This document shows positions 23,581 through 38,500 of a DNA stretch of 64,000 nt, one piece after another (the stretch's first letter is position 1; every line of letters begins with the position of its first letter). The notes beneath the pieces are model-generated. The model did not search any database. It worked only from the letters and a program-made list of their open reading frames with translations, and had not been told where the DNA came from. This stretch comes from Podarcis bocagei (taxonomy: Eukaryota): the NCBI GenBank assembly GCA_964188305.1, contig OZ076897.1; one strand, written 5' to 3'. Made by a program: the position numbers and the translations under genes.

Positions 23581-26500
23581 TATGTTTTAAGATTCCTTAA
23601 AGGCTTGTCAGGTGTCCCTCAGTGGGAGAATAATGATGACAGACAAGCTTTTCTGAAGTACAGTTGCAGAAGGAGTGCTGGGTATGCAATAAAATACATT
23701 CATGTGAAGCTACAGAGAAAGCATGGCCACTACTCTAAATAAGCTGATTGCGCTATAGGGTCCTCTGCCACGTGCAATGCATCTGTCTGACATTCATGGC
23801 TTATTTGGCTGCCAGTGTTCAGTGTTCCTTAAAGGTGAAAGATTTCAAAGCCACTGTTATTTCTTCCTCTTATTTTAATAGATCATAATAGTCCTTGACC
23901 TGAACTGTTTACATTGTAACAATGAGTTTCTTACAGGAACAGAACAAGGCAATTCCAATTGTCATAATAAACAATGAACTTGTTGCCTGCCAGCCCATAA
24001 TCACCAGTTCTTAGTTAGAGAAATGAAAGACTATGAAGACAGCTGAATAATGAAGTACTTTTTAATGATGCACCTGTTTAATGCTAGGAAAATGGCAATA
24101 TTGTGGAATTTCTTTTTAAGGTTGTTATAAAAACGGTATGTTAGCAGTCTAATAAAAGAAATGCAGTGAACTTGGCAGATAGGACTCAATGCAACCAAAA
24201 ATTAAGCACATTTGAATTCCCGTAATTCAGTGGGCGATTTTAAGCCAATTGATAGTATGTTGAAATCAATGGGAATTAAAAGTGCTTTCATTTGTTTGAA
24301 TCATGCCCTTGGTTTTTAATGTCTTTCCTTATCTTGGCTATGAACAGGAGGAAGAAAAGAGAAAGATGAATATTTATCGCTAGCTCTACTGGCCTTATTT
24401 GGGAATTCTCTAGGGATTAAAGTTCTATTACAGGGCTTTATTTAAGAGCAAATACATTTGTGCAGTACTGGTGATCCTTGAAATATGCAGGCATGTGCCT
24501 TAGTGTCTGTGTTTATTATAAGTTCAAAAGTTGTTCATACTTTTAGCACATCTCTTGAGAAATATAACTCATTGTACATGTCACAAACAGTTTTGTCATA
24601 TATATTTGCACCTTCAGATGTTTTAAATATCTCCTGATACTGTCCCCATGACAGCAGGAAAGAGTACAACCCAACATGCAAGTTGTTAAAATTAATCAAC
24701 CATGCTGTTTTCTGTGAAAGACAGATTTAAAAATAGAATGCAAGATTAGTATTCTGGATCTCTCAATCTTGGGGGGGGGGTGGATCTATGGAGATGTTCA
24801 ATTCTAACAAAAGGTTTCCCCCCCCCACCCCCAATGAACTGCTTCTGTGGGAATTTTCTAGAAGCATTCCTGTGTCGAAGAATGCTACGTTGTAAGAAGC
24901 CACCTTAAACCATTAATCTGGATATGTTTGACTCGATGACTTACAAGCACTTAAATAATTCTTGAGATGGAAGGAGAATGAGATAGAAACTTTTTCTGAT
25001 AAAAAGTTTAATTGGAATGCAGATATGTGCAAAAGTCAATGGTCAACATTGTTACCATAGTTTTGGGAATAAGATGTTTGTGTTCTGTGCCTACAAGTTT
25101 AAGAAAACACTGGTTCCTTCTTCAGCCAGCTAGTAAAAAGCAATCTTATTTGGGCCCACGTCATACCTGCATAGTATACTCTGTGGGAAGGTGAGAAGAA
25201 TCTACCAGGAAACAAAATTATTTTTCTGCAGTTGCAGGGCATAAAACAAAGTGACATGTTACTGAGAGGCGTACATCACTTTTAATGCCAGTTTTTGGAA
25301 ATGGCCGGTGGGGAGAGTGCCTTTGTGCTCAAGTTCTGCTTGCAGGTCTCCTATGGGCATCTGGTTAGCCACTGTGAGAAGAGGGATGCTGGACTAGGAA
25401 GAGCCATTGGCCAGATCCAACAGGGCTATTCTTTTTATGTTCAGTTCTAGACCAACATTGTAAAATGTCCTGTTTTCTGAGTATTTTACTCTTGCTGGAG
25501 TCCCGGCTTCTTCAAGATCCATCTGTCATTTCCAGCCTTGGACAAAATGTGTTAGCATTTCCCCAAAACATCCCTTAGTTCCCTATAGTGTACTATCTCC
25601 CATTTATTGTTGATAAACAGATTTTACTTCCTTCTGGGAATAATCAATTTAAATGGTAAACCATACATGGATTCTAAAGTACTCCTTCACTTGTTGCCTT
25701 TTCTTTTTGAATAAAGGGAAGATAAGAAAGATAACCTATAACAAAGAATAAGATCTTAAAATTTAATAGGCTAGTTCCTCATTAAGATTTTTTGTTTTAG
25801 TACTGTTTTCAAATTACTATATGAATGATTATGAAACACAGGGTTTTAAAATATGTTTTTGGAGTTGCTTGCAATCTAGATGGAGAAAGTTGAGCACTTA
25901 TAAAGTGTATATTGTAGTTTGGACTGTGGAAATGAGGTGCATTTTGTCTCCAGATGTTATTTCAGGATCTTTGGTCAAAGGGAGGAAGTGATCTCTTGCC
26001 CCCTGTCCCCAGCAGACTAAGAGGTAATGATAGCAAATATTGTTATAATATTAAGAGGAACTGATTGATTGCCACAGTTAAGTTCCCATTATCTTATGTA
26101 TAAACTTGAAGAAGTTAGCGGTTTAGCAACTGATTTTACTTGATTATGTGTTTTAGTAAAGAATGAAAGATACCCCACTCTCCCAAGTGGTCTGCAGAAA
26201 GAGCCATTGTTATGACCACCCATTTCTTCTACTTCTAGTCTAGAATTATGAGGGGTCAGCTAGTGGTCATGGGCCTAGATTAGCTCTGATCTCTACAGTA
26301 GGCTATTGGTAAATATTGCTCCTACAGTAGTCTTCTCTACCAGAATGAAGAAAAGCTTGCAAGATTTAGAACAAATTGCTTCTAGAGTCAATACAAATGA
26401 CTTTTACAAACAGGATTGTTAATGTCCAGGCTCCCACCCTCAGACTAAAGATGCTTGGCTAAGCAAATCCCAAAAGCTTTATTGATAACATCAGCAAACA

Positions 26501-29500
26501 GTATCACCACCAAGTACAGGATATACAGTGCAACAGTTCTTAAGCAAAGTTCTAAGCAAAGGCATTGTCCCAACACTTGACATGCCCCTCCTGCTCTGCT
26601 TTTAAAAAGCAAGGCCTGTCTTTTACCAGTTCAGGGCTGCAGCTAGATTAATAATAATAAAAATAATTTTTATTTATACCCCACCCTTCCCAGCCAAGGC
26701 CGGGCTCAGGGCGGCTAACAAGCAATAATAAAAATAAGTTGAATGAATACAACTTAAAAACAAAATTAAAATACAACATTAAAATATTGAAACATTAAAA
26801 TATTAAAATGTAGTCTCATCGCAGGAGGAGAAAGGAAAAGAAAAAAGAAAGAGGGGAAGGGAATCAAATTGGCTCCAAACCAAAGGCCAGGCGGAACAAC
26901 TCTGTCTTACAGGCCCTGCGGAAAGAAATCAGATCCTGCAGGGCCCTGGTCTCATGAGGCAGAGCGTTCCACCAGGCCGGAGCCAGAGTTGAAAAGGCCC
27001 TGGTTCTGGTTGAAGCTAATCTAACTTCCTTAGGGCCCGGGACCACTAGGGTATTGCTATTTATGGACCTTGAGGCTCTCCGTGGGGCATACTGGGAGAG
27101 GTGGTTCCGTAGGTACGAGGGTACCTAGGCCGTGAAGGGCTTTAAAGGTCAAAACCAGCATCTTAAATCTGACCCTGTACTCCACCGGGAGCCAGTGCAG
27201 CTAGAAAAGCACTAGGTGAATATGCTCCCATGGCAGATGGGGAGCCTCGCTGCATCATTCTGCACCCGCTGGAGTTTCTGGGACAGCTTCAAGGGCAGCC
27301 CCGCATAGAGCGAATAACAGTAATCAAGCCTGGAGGTGACCGTTGCATGGATCACTGTGGCCAGGTTGGGGCGGGAAAGGTAAGGGACCAGCCTATGTGA
27401 TCAGAGATTGCAGGTTAGATCAATATAATGTTCTAAACCTGGGGCTACTTTTGAATACTGTTTGGAAACTACAGTTTGTTCATTAAAAAAGCTGTCACAT
27501 TATTAACGGGGACTGGGGATTATGATTGCATTATGCTTTGCTATATTGAATGCACTGACTCTCACTTTATTATTCTTTTAGCACCAGGAAAAGTAATTTT
27601 CATTTTCCTGAGCTTTTAAGCGGCACTTTTAATGATGTTGCTTTTATAATGTTATGGCTTTTAGCTGATTTTAACTTTCAGGGGGTTTTATAAACTGTCC
27701 TGAGATTATAGCTGAATGGTGATATTATAGCTATATATCTATATCTATGAATGAACCATTTGTAAGCTCCAGTGATTTCAATGGGAGAGTTCAACATGTT
27801 TTTCAGTGTAGATATAAGGTACTTATCTTTGGTAGCATTGTGACGTGTGTTTTGAAACCCCACTTTTAGTAATGTGACACTAGTAAAACTCAAAATAGAA
27901 ATAATCTACTTAACCAATAAACTGCACCTGAGTGATCTTTATCTCTTGGCTTGGAAATGAGAAGGATTAGTCTAAGTTCAAATGTTCTCTTCGCAAGAGT
28001 ATGTACGCACTAACCTTTTCTCTTTGCTTTTTCTGTGGTCCAATTTGGTTTATGGCTATGTGGTAAGATCTGGTATAGCAGGGACAACAGATGCTGCTGT
28101 GTTTATGTTGTGCATTGAGTCTAGTGACCAGACCTTCAGGATTGTCTCAGCGCCTGAAGCTAATGTGTGCATATTGGGAGCAGAAGTACATATCGTGCTA
28201 TGTTGCTTTTGTTTCACTGTACTGTTTCAGCTAAGATGGGAGATTTAGTGCTTGACTGTTTCTTTCTCATATATATCTCCTGAGAATGGGGAACAAAATC
28301 ATAGTCGGAATATATCTTCTCCTTTATATGCTGTGTGCAGAGAAAATGAATTTGCCTACTGTAGCCTGAAATAACTGAATCCAGACATTGAGGCTCTATA
28401 TTTGAGGGAAAGAGGCTAGGGCCTAGGCTAGGCTATGAGGTTGGGATCATCACCCTTTGATAAGCAATGCTGTCTTCCTTACATAATGTAGCAATTTAGG
28501 CAGGGGGTAGTGAGTTCCACGAGTCGACAGTGTCCCTGGAAAAATGAAAAGCAGCAGTAGCCTGGGCACCTAGTGGTTGAAATAAAGTCAATCATGATGA
28601 AGACAATTCTGCTGTAGATATCTCCCACCCCCATTTATGTGTTACTAAAACTATATAGAACATCTTTCCTCTTCATTTTCATATGTGGCAAGTTTCACAT
28701 CCTACAGTAGCCCAATTAATGGTTTCTGTTGTGCTTTGCATGAAATTATTTATAGATTCGTGTGCTCTATTTTTAGTGAGCTGGCTCCATCTAAATAAGC
28801 TCTATCACTCACAGTTCAGTTATCTGTCTTGCAGAAAAAAAGACTGATTGCTCTAGCTTTCTTTCTAGGAGCAACTTGATCCTACTTTTGCTACTGGGGA
28901 AGCCAGGCACTATTCAGTGAAATAGCATGGTGAAATTTGCCCAGAAGTTCCAACAGAAGTTTGTTTCTATTTCTTTATTCTCAAACATTATGAGATTATC
29001 CCGGATCCTTTCTGCATTGCCCCCAGTCTTGGAATTTTGCTGTGTGTGCACATTTCAGTGGGTTAGACTAGATTAGTCCTAGGGCCCCTTCAAACTCTGA
29101 TTCTATGATTCTGTTTAATGCAGAGCTGGGTTCTCTCTTGCTGTTAAAAGGACTATTTTTTTTAAAAAAAAGTAAGAAAAACAACCATATTGCCCACAAG
29201 CACCTTGTGTAGAGAAGGTAGTGTTGACATTTACCAGTGAACGTATGGTAATTATTTTAATTAGTAAGCATTAAAGTGTACTGAAGTCCCTAGGTGCTCA
29301 TATTCCCATTTTCTTAAAAAAGAAAAAGAGAGAGAGATATGGTTTTCATGCATACCACAGTTCTGAGGAATATGTTTGCTTTGGGATATTGTAAGATGTA
29401 TATCTTACAAATCCTTGCAAAATGATATTAAGGCTAAGTAAGCACACTGGCAGCATAAACATCTCTTACAGTAAAGGTTGTGCTGCTGCTGGCATCCTAA

Positions 29501-32500
29501 CTCTTAAGTGACATAACTAACCTAGATAAACCTCTGATGTATCAAAAGACTTGCAGTTTTGCTTTCACTCCACCCCCTTCCCCTCAGGGATTGCATTTGA
29601 AAAGAGGGAAGGAGAAGGGAAGAGAAGTCTGTACAGAATTCTGTATAGCAGTCATAACTATGTTTTATATTGCAGCATTTTCTCACACACTAATGAAATA
29701 ATGGTGCCAAATTAAAGGTCTTTGAGCCCAGTGATATTGGTGGAAGAATTAACTAGCATTTAATGATACTCTAACCAAGTTCAACTGACCTGACCAAGTT
29801 CAACCTTTAGCACAGAGTAGGGAACATCTGGCCAGGGGACCAAATGAGAGTATCCAGGCCTTCTGGCTCTTGGGATTTTTATATACAGGTAAAAGTCACA
29901 TCCATTGTCTGTGGCCACACCCTTCATTGGTATGTGGCCCCCAGAAGGTTGTCCATGAAGGAACGGCCCCTTGGGCTGAAAAAGGTTTAACAAGCTCTAC
30001 CCTGTGTGCACAACTGGTCAACTATATTCTAGAACTAGGTTTTTTGCACCAGTAATGTTATATCTCTGGCTAGTTCCTGATTCCTCAAGAATGAACAATT
30101 TAACCCCCTTCCCTAGTATATTTAATCTTTTTGAACATTCTCCTGGTCCAAGTACCTTGCTGTAAATGAGGGTCAAACTTGATGTGATATTACAGCCAAA
30201 GTGCATATACTGTGTAGTGTAAATAGCACTTGCTGAGCAGAGCCTGGGCTGGTTTGGGATTGTGGAGACTTGGAGAGTGAGGAGAGAGTGTTTAAGCCAC
30301 TGCTGCCAAGTACCTAATACAAAGTGTGCACATTGATTCCTTTCACACAGTTAATGTCACATCTGGTTTGGCCCTAAGCTAAAGTATGTGCAACTGAAGT
30401 AATCACACATTCTTCCCATTTACCATGCCCTCTCTTTCCCCCTGGTTCCTCTGATGTTTCCCTTCTGTCTTTCTTCTAAGGTAGAGACCAGTCAAACCTG
30501 TCTTTATAAAGCTCTGTGTATATAGACGGTACAATATAAATAATAAAAAGAAAAATAAGGCCTACCCCTTTAGGGAAGATCACAGGAGCATCTCATGGAC
30601 TTGTATTGTTCCCCCTCCCGTCTGGCCATCTGCCTGCCTGGTGTGCGCTCTCTCTCTCTCTCTCTTCCTTTTTCCTTTCTTCATCCTTCTTTCTTTCTTA
30701 CAAAGGCACTTCTTTTTCACTTTCAATTTGAAAGCTAGCAATATTTATTGTTTAGGTCACTAGTGCTGGGGTTTGGGTTTTGACTTTTTTTTTTTTTGCA
30801 AACCATAACTGACTTCTAACCATGGTTGCAAATTTTGGATGTTAAGAATAGTTTAAAAGTAAGTTGTGGCCACAATAAATTTTGTTTCCCTTTAAGAAGC
30901 AACATAATTGTGCCCATGGTACCCCCCTGGCTGAAAGCTGTTGACAAATATCACGACTGTGTGATTGGCATTCTGTGGTGATTTGGTCAGCTTTTTTTCA
31001 GACCACCTCCTATGGCAGGCTTAGGGTCTGCATATCCATTTGTGGATTACCTTATTCGGCATTAATGTATCTGAGTTAATTGTTTCTCAGTGAATCTCAG
31101 TGATCATCAGTTCTTCGTCATAAAAGCAAACCATATTGTAGTTATTAAAATAAAAATACATTCTGTTCATATGAATGTGTTCTACCTTGGTCCTGAAACA
31201 TAACTTGGAACTGAATTCTCAATAATTTCAAGAGAATTTTTTTCTGTGTAAAGCCACATGTTTGTCTGAGGGGTGTGTGTGCTTAAAATGTGCATTAGAA
31301 TAAGTCTGGGGCCAACATGCCTCTCTGTTCCATGTGTGTCTGACTCAACTCACCCCTAAAAAAAAATGGAAGTTTAGGCTTTGGGAGGAAGCTACTGTAA
31401 CATGCACCCTTCCCCTTACCCCTCATTCTCTGTACTAGCTATGTATAACTGCTGCTAGACCTTGTTAAAGTAATCCTAGCTATTCTAAATTGGCTTCCTC
31501 TTTCTGTCATCTATTTATTTCAGTAGAAAGGAAACATTGTTTTGTCAAGTAGCAAAAGTGTAAGGAGAGATTTGGCTATTACTGTTCCGATACAAAATGT
31601 AAACATTGCTTGTTTTGTGTCTTATTGTATTCCAGACCAGTCTTTCCATATGGGGATGGGGAAGCCTTGGCGTCGTGCTTTTTCTAATAACATTTGGACC
31701 ATTCGCTATATTTTACTTTGCATTTTATATTCTCTGCTTCGTGGGTGGGTAAGTATGCTATTTTGTGTGTGTTTGATATATGTAAAGAAAGCATTGTACT
31801 TAAGAACGATTCAGTGTAATTAGAACTATTTTGATAAATATGTTCCCTTTAAGAAGGATCAAACAAAAATAGATTATAGTCAGCAAGACAAGTTACTTAA
31901 ATAGGTCCCCAGCTTCTTGATATCTGCAAAGACGGAACATTGATAAAGAACCTTGTTATTATTATTCATCTGTTTGGCTTTTCTGCTTCTTTTCAAGATA
32001 CAGTGGTGCCTCGCAATACGAAATTAATTCGTTCCGCGAGTCTTTTCGTCTTGCGATGTTTTTCGTCTTGCGAAGCACGGTCCGTTGCAACTGCGCCTCT
32101 TCAAGCGGCTTTAAGAAAAAAGCGAACAAACTCGCAAGACGTTTTCATCTTGCGAAGCAAGCCCATAGGGAAATTCGTCTAGCGAAGCAACGCAAAAACC
32201 GAAAAACCCTTTCGTCTAGCGAGTTTTTCGTTTTGCGAGGCATTCATCTTGCGGGGCACCACTGTAATCAAGCATATTTAAGTAATTATATCACTGTACC
32301 TGCGCCTTTTTTGATAGCACATTGTTATACGCATTATGAGATAAAATTCAACCAGACCTTGACTGTATGGAGCCCTCAGTTGAAGAGTTCAGTCAAGGAC
32401 AAATTGACTATCATGAAAATGTACAACCCATATTCACCCAAGGCTTACTTAAGACAGGTTAAAGTGAAATCACTTTAAATGCATAAATAATTTCTCTGTT

Positions 32501-35500
32501 GTATTTTCATCTATTCCTATAAACCCATTTCTTTCTGTGAATGCTGCAGCTCAACTTAGGGCTTATCCACACTTCCATTCCTTCCAGGCTCAGTCTGCAC
32601 TTAAAAGCTCTGTATCCAAGTGCCCTTTTTGTTGTTGCTGCTGCTCCAGAGCTTTGTCTGCAAAGTCCCATCTTTAAATTCAGTCGGAGCAAATGTCAAT
32701 CTGCAGAAAACCCAAATTGATGTTTGCTCCAATTGAGCTCTAAAGAGCAGGTTTTCACAGGGAAAGCTCCAAGGGGGACAAGGACTGCTTCAGAGCTTTT
32801 AAGCACAGAGGTGTGCCTGGAAAGAGAGGAGCAAAACGTAAGTATGAATAACTTACCATAAGTTAATACCATATTGTATAAACTTTTGCTGTGGATGAAT
32901 TGGTAAATTCACAAGAATGAAGTTACTTCAAAGATGTTAAGCAGGATTTGTGTTCCAGAAAATAAGTTTGTTTAATACAAATGTTTTTGCAGTATTTAAT
33001 CAACATTCATGTAGCACTGAGTGGGTGGAGGCTTGGGGAACAAGTTTTAGTTTTTTTTTATTTAGAAAGTTAGTAGATTATCTCACTGTTTGAAACTTAC
33101 AATATAGTCTCATTCTTCTAGGGGCTTTGTGGTAACACTCTTGTTTGGGAAAAACAACTCAGAGACGTACCTTGAACGGTGTGAACACTCCTATCTTCCT
33201 CCAACATCGTTTGGTATTACTAAGGTAAGCAAAATATACTGGCATTATTTTTCGCAATTTATTCTCCGCAAGTCAAACTTTACTGTGCTCATGCTATCTG
33301 CCACAACCAAAGAAAAGGTATTCTAGGCAATTTAAAGAACAACCCCCCCCCCAAAAAAAAACCCCTTTGTTATTAAACAACTTCTGCTGATGGTTGATAT
33401 ATCAATTTTGGTTATACTGAAAATGAAGTCATAAATAAAGTAAGAATTGTGAAGTACTTTATAAACAGAATAACATGAACTCCCAAATGACTTTTTTTCT
33501 CATGTGATTTCTCTCTGAAACTTCAACAAGATGATGCATAAAATGCGTGATAGCATTTCTGTCAGGGTAGATCTGGTTTCGGACTGTGGGGCATGTAGAG
33601 AGGAGTTTAGTGCTTTATTTCAATCTGGCCTAATCCAGATTGGAGAGCGGCACAGCTGCTATTTTTAAAGCAACGAACAAACCCAGATACATTAAATGCA
33701 ACATTACATCTTGCATATCACTTAGTTTAGCTTTCTCTCTTTTTCTAATATTGTATTTTATGTATATTTTCTGCAAATTAGCCCCAAAGTGGTTTTTGCT
33801 GGCTGTCCTGGCAGGATCACCATTCCAGACCTTTCATCTTTTTTAAGTTGATACATCTGCTTCTTCAGCTGACTTAATTGGACTTTCATAGTCTTAGACT
33901 GAAAAGCGAAGTAAAGCTTGTGCTTGTAGTACATGCAGGAAGCTTGCTGCCTTTGGTTTAGATTCTAAGTTGCTAAGATAGACAAGGTATGAACAACGAA
34001 GCTCTCTTTAGTGGATTAACTAGAAGCTGCTGCCTAAAACTTAATCTTGAATGTCGGGTCCTCCTGCAGTTTGATTAAAATATGCTTAGATATACATCTG
34101 TTTTTGTGTCTGTCTGAATGTATTGATGAAAACTATACTACATTAATGCACCGTTTAACACTGGACCTGCTACAAGCTCTGTAATCTCAGTGGATTTTGA
34201 TCATGGCTATCCTTAACAGCACTTCCATGTGGTTTTTAAATATGGTATCCTCACACAAAGGGTTGCTGATAGACAAAAGAGAAGTACAAAATCCAGTAGG
34301 TGTGTCTTTGCTGAATCCTTTTTGCATTATAAACCATAAGCATGTGTCAGAATTTAATTTTTTAATGAATTGACTTAAGTGTCCATTCTCTCCCAAAGTG
34401 CATAGAAGAAATGAAACAGGAAAGCAAGCCTATTAAGATTGATAGGAGGTTGACTGGCGCCTATATAATTGATGAACCTTTGCAACAAGTAAGTTTTGAA
34501 AAATAATTTAATTGTAAATCAGACTATAGCCATGATATTCTGTGACATTTGCTATAGTAAGATTTTTTTGTGGGATGCTGAAATAGGAGAACTTTCAAGC
34601 TAGTATATATTGAGTACACATATGTTCTTATTCCTTGTCTCCTTGGGGCTGAAATAATGAGCATACTGGGCTGTATCACATTTATTTGAATATGGTATGT
34701 CTCTGACCATTTTACACTTCACATTATTTCTGGTGATAGATCAGGTAGAAATCATGTCCTAAATGTGGTTAGCGCCTTTTGAAGCGGCTTGGACTTTCTG
34801 GCTGTTATCCCAAGGAACGGAAGGACTTATTAGTGTTTTCATTGGATCACATCTGTCTCATATATTTATTGACATATGTGTTGAAGTTGTAGATAGCCAA
34901 TACAACACGTTTCCCCCATAAGTACATGAGTATAACCTGAAGGTGCCTAAAGCTATCATCTTCCTGAAGCTAAGGAGGTCTGTTTCTGGCTAGCCCCTGA
35001 ATTGGTGTCTGCCAGATACCACATGGAGCCCAAGGTGGCATGCAAGATGGAAGAAAACTGGGTTTAAAATGTAAGAGAATAAACTGGCTAAATAATACCT
35101 TGTCCGGATTGTTTTTGCATTCCTTGTTGTGGGTCCACTTCAAAAGGTCTTACTAAAAGAGCTGGTTTACATGTAATGCTAAACTATGGTCTGAAACAGT
35201 TGTTAGTTGCTAAACAAGCCAACTATAAAATATGTATGGTTTATAGTCAGTCATTCTACATGCTTAGATTATGCTCTGAATTATCACCAGGTAGACTTTG
35301 GTTGTTCTGGTTGAAGTGGAGGGTAGGGGGAAGGGGCGGACGATGATTACTCTTTACTTATGGTCTTTGCCCCAGACATGGTTAATGTATGTAACCAGAA
35401 ACAGATAGCACAGAACTAGCGCAGAACTGCAGAAGCATCAAGCAAGATCTAGAATTGAATTGTGGTTTCCTCAATTAAGGAATGTATATCACTACTCTTG

Positions 35501-38500
35501 CTTGCTCCCTGGTTTTTAGAACTTGAAAAATTAAAGTCTTTCTGACACTGTATTATATTTACATTATATTTAATGTAAATTCATACTTTGAAAGGACATG
35601 TGCTGCACCCTTGAGGAAATGCACTTGTGGATGTAAAGGAGGACATAAATATTTAATAAATGGTTCCCCACCCCCTCCAAAAAGTCAAATGCTCTATGAA
35701 TTTTGAGCAGAACTCTTTATCAGGGCTAAAATATATGTTAACCATTCCAATCAATTATAAAATGCAGTGATAGGAACAGGCATGAATTTTTAATTTGCAC
35801 ACTCCCTACTCTGCTTATCCCTTCTCCATTTATGAGGGGAGGGGATTAGAAGCTTCCATGCCCCCCCTTTTTTGCAGCAAACCACAGTTTGCTCTTTAAT
35901 CCAAACTCAACAAACTATGGTTAAAGAAAACTAAGAACCCAGACCAAGCTGTAAACTATAATTTGCTGCAAACAGATATGGAGATTTCTAATCTCCTTTA
36001 TTTCCACTTTAAGTAAGAGAAGGAAAGAGGACATGTACGCAAGGCTTGCCCTGGGTCATACTCAAAATGCAAAATACCGTATTTTTTGCTCTATAAGACT
36101 CACTTTTTCCCTCCTAAAAAGTAAGGGGAAATGTGTGTGCGTCTTATGGAACGAATGCAGGCTGCGCAGCTATCCCAGAAGCCAGAACAGCAAGAGGGAT
36201 TGCTGCTTTCACTGCGCAGCGATCCCTCTTGCTGTTCTGGCTTCTGAGAGTCAGAATATTTTTTTTCTTGTTTTCCTCCTCCAAAAACTAGGTGCGTCTT
36301 GTGGTCTGGTGCGTCTTATAGAGCGAAAAATACGGTAGTTTTGCTAGTTTTTCCAAAGCCTTTCAAAGCTTGCAAGCAGCATGATTACTGAGGGAAAAAT
36401 ACTTTTGTACTTTTTGTACTCATTAGCTAAGGGGAATCTTCTGTATAGCGTGTGTGTGTTGGGGGGGTAGTTTGTATGTTTTTGTAGGGGGGTGGTAAAT
36501 TTCCCTTAGCACTGGGTGGATTTCATGACCTGGTGTCTTTGAGCCCTTGACATCATTCCTAGACAAATACTGAGATTAGTTTGGATACCTGGAGATTTAA
36601 AGCATAATTTACTGTTTGCTGTTTTGTCTTAACATTTCAAGCTTTGATTCTCTCCCCCCCCCCCCGTATTATTCTCTACTGTTGCAAAACACATAAGGCG
36701 TTTAAGCTCTCATTAACAATAGCAAGCTTTCATATATTGTTGTTGTTAATGAGAACATAACCCCTTTATGTAAGTGCTTAATTCTAAGATTTGTGGAATT
36801 AAAAATCAAAAGCAAAGTAAGCCTTGTGGTGCTATTTGTAAGATTTGGAAAACACTATTGATGGCAGTTTTACATCATAGGTACCTGTGGCCACAGTTCA
36901 CTGTAGGTTTGAGGAAAGGAATTGTGAAGTTTGCCATGTTTAAAAATGCACTGACGGCTACTTTAGTCAGAAAAAGTTTTTCAGTATTCTCATGTAACAG
37001 AGATGTAGAATAAACTAGACATTTAGGGAGTGGACTTGTGAAATCATGCAACACATGTTCCTTCTCTCTCCTGCACAAACATTCCTTCTTCCTTGATGTA
37101 CTCTACCAAGAGTCCCTGTATAAATGCAACTGTAACCAACCTGATTTTAAGTAAATCAAGATAAGGGCAAAAAAACCCCTCACTCTGATAAGCCTAATTA
37201 AGGTCTGAGCCTTTATTTAAGCAAGTGGCTATGATCCAGAACACGAAAGGTAAAGTACTCTTGAGCCAATGTGTTCAGTGACCAGCAGCAGGAGAGCTTT
37301 GCAGCGTGCTTGTGATCATGAGCACACCCAGAATTGCGATTCATGTTAGTGTTCCGAATTTCTCACATTCTGAATGACAATTGTGTCACACAATTATGGC
37401 TTCATTTGCATGTTATGATGAACCACAGTTGATAAGTTATTGTAATGACACCTAAGATGGGGCTTTTGGTTCTAACTGCTTGTTCATCGAGGGTTGTTTT
37501 GCTCCTAACACTCTATGGTCAGCAACCCAAGAACAAACCTTGGCTACAGATTGAGGTTTGCTAGGAGCAAAGCAAACCATTCAGATATAATGCTAAGCCA
37601 AGGATCATAGTTCTTTTTCTCCAAATGCTAGCAGGAAGGAGGGGAACACACCACAAAGTTGTGTGAACTTCGGTTTACTGTGTTGTGTGAACCAGGCCAG
37701 CATCACAACCTTAGCCCTTATAAGCATTATTTGTTTAGCACAATTTTCAGATAATGTAGAAACAATTACACACATGAATGTTTTAATACTTTGTTTATCT
37801 AATTTTATACAATTTTAGGTTATCCAGTTTTCCTTGCGTGACTATGTCCAGTATTGGTATTACACACTAAGTGACGATGAATCTTTTCTTCTTGAAATCA
37901 GGCAAGCTCTCCAAAATGCACTAATTCAGTTTTCTTCTAGGTAAGAATTACTTTTGTTTTTCAAACAAATCACAAAAGCTTTCCCTAAAATTATCCCAGT
38001 AGCTTACAAAAGTAGATTAAAAATGGTTCATAATTCTTCCTTGCAATATATTAGTAAGTTGCATGCAATAAAAACAGATGGTATCACAAAAGGTTCCACA
38101 CATATATCATGTTTTGTGAGTTTGTGTTACAGCTGCTTGCTTACAAGGACAACTTGGCTTTTATGAAGAGGGGAATATTTCATAGGTTCCGACCTAGAAT
38201 CATAGAATTGAGGAATAGGAGGGGAGCACAAAGGTTGTCTAGTCTTACCCTCTGCAGTGCAGGAATATTTTACCCAACATGGGGCTTGAACTCAAAACCC
38301 TGAGAGTTTCATGCTCTACCAACTGAGCTATCCCTGGATGTATACAAGTAATTGACATTTCATATGATGATCAACAACCTTTGGAAACTTGCCTATATCA
38401 AATGGTAGGAGAAACTTATTTTGTTGTTTCAGTTTACTGATAAAAGAAACCACTTTTTCATCTCATAATGAGAAAGTATTTAAGTGGCAATAAGGTGCTG

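Noticed and set aside
32001-32264. CRISPR-like array of TTCGTCTTGCGA repeats
   Set aside because: Short, irregularly spaced motifs inside a TIR/TA-bounded MITE in a vertebrate intron; no cas genes.
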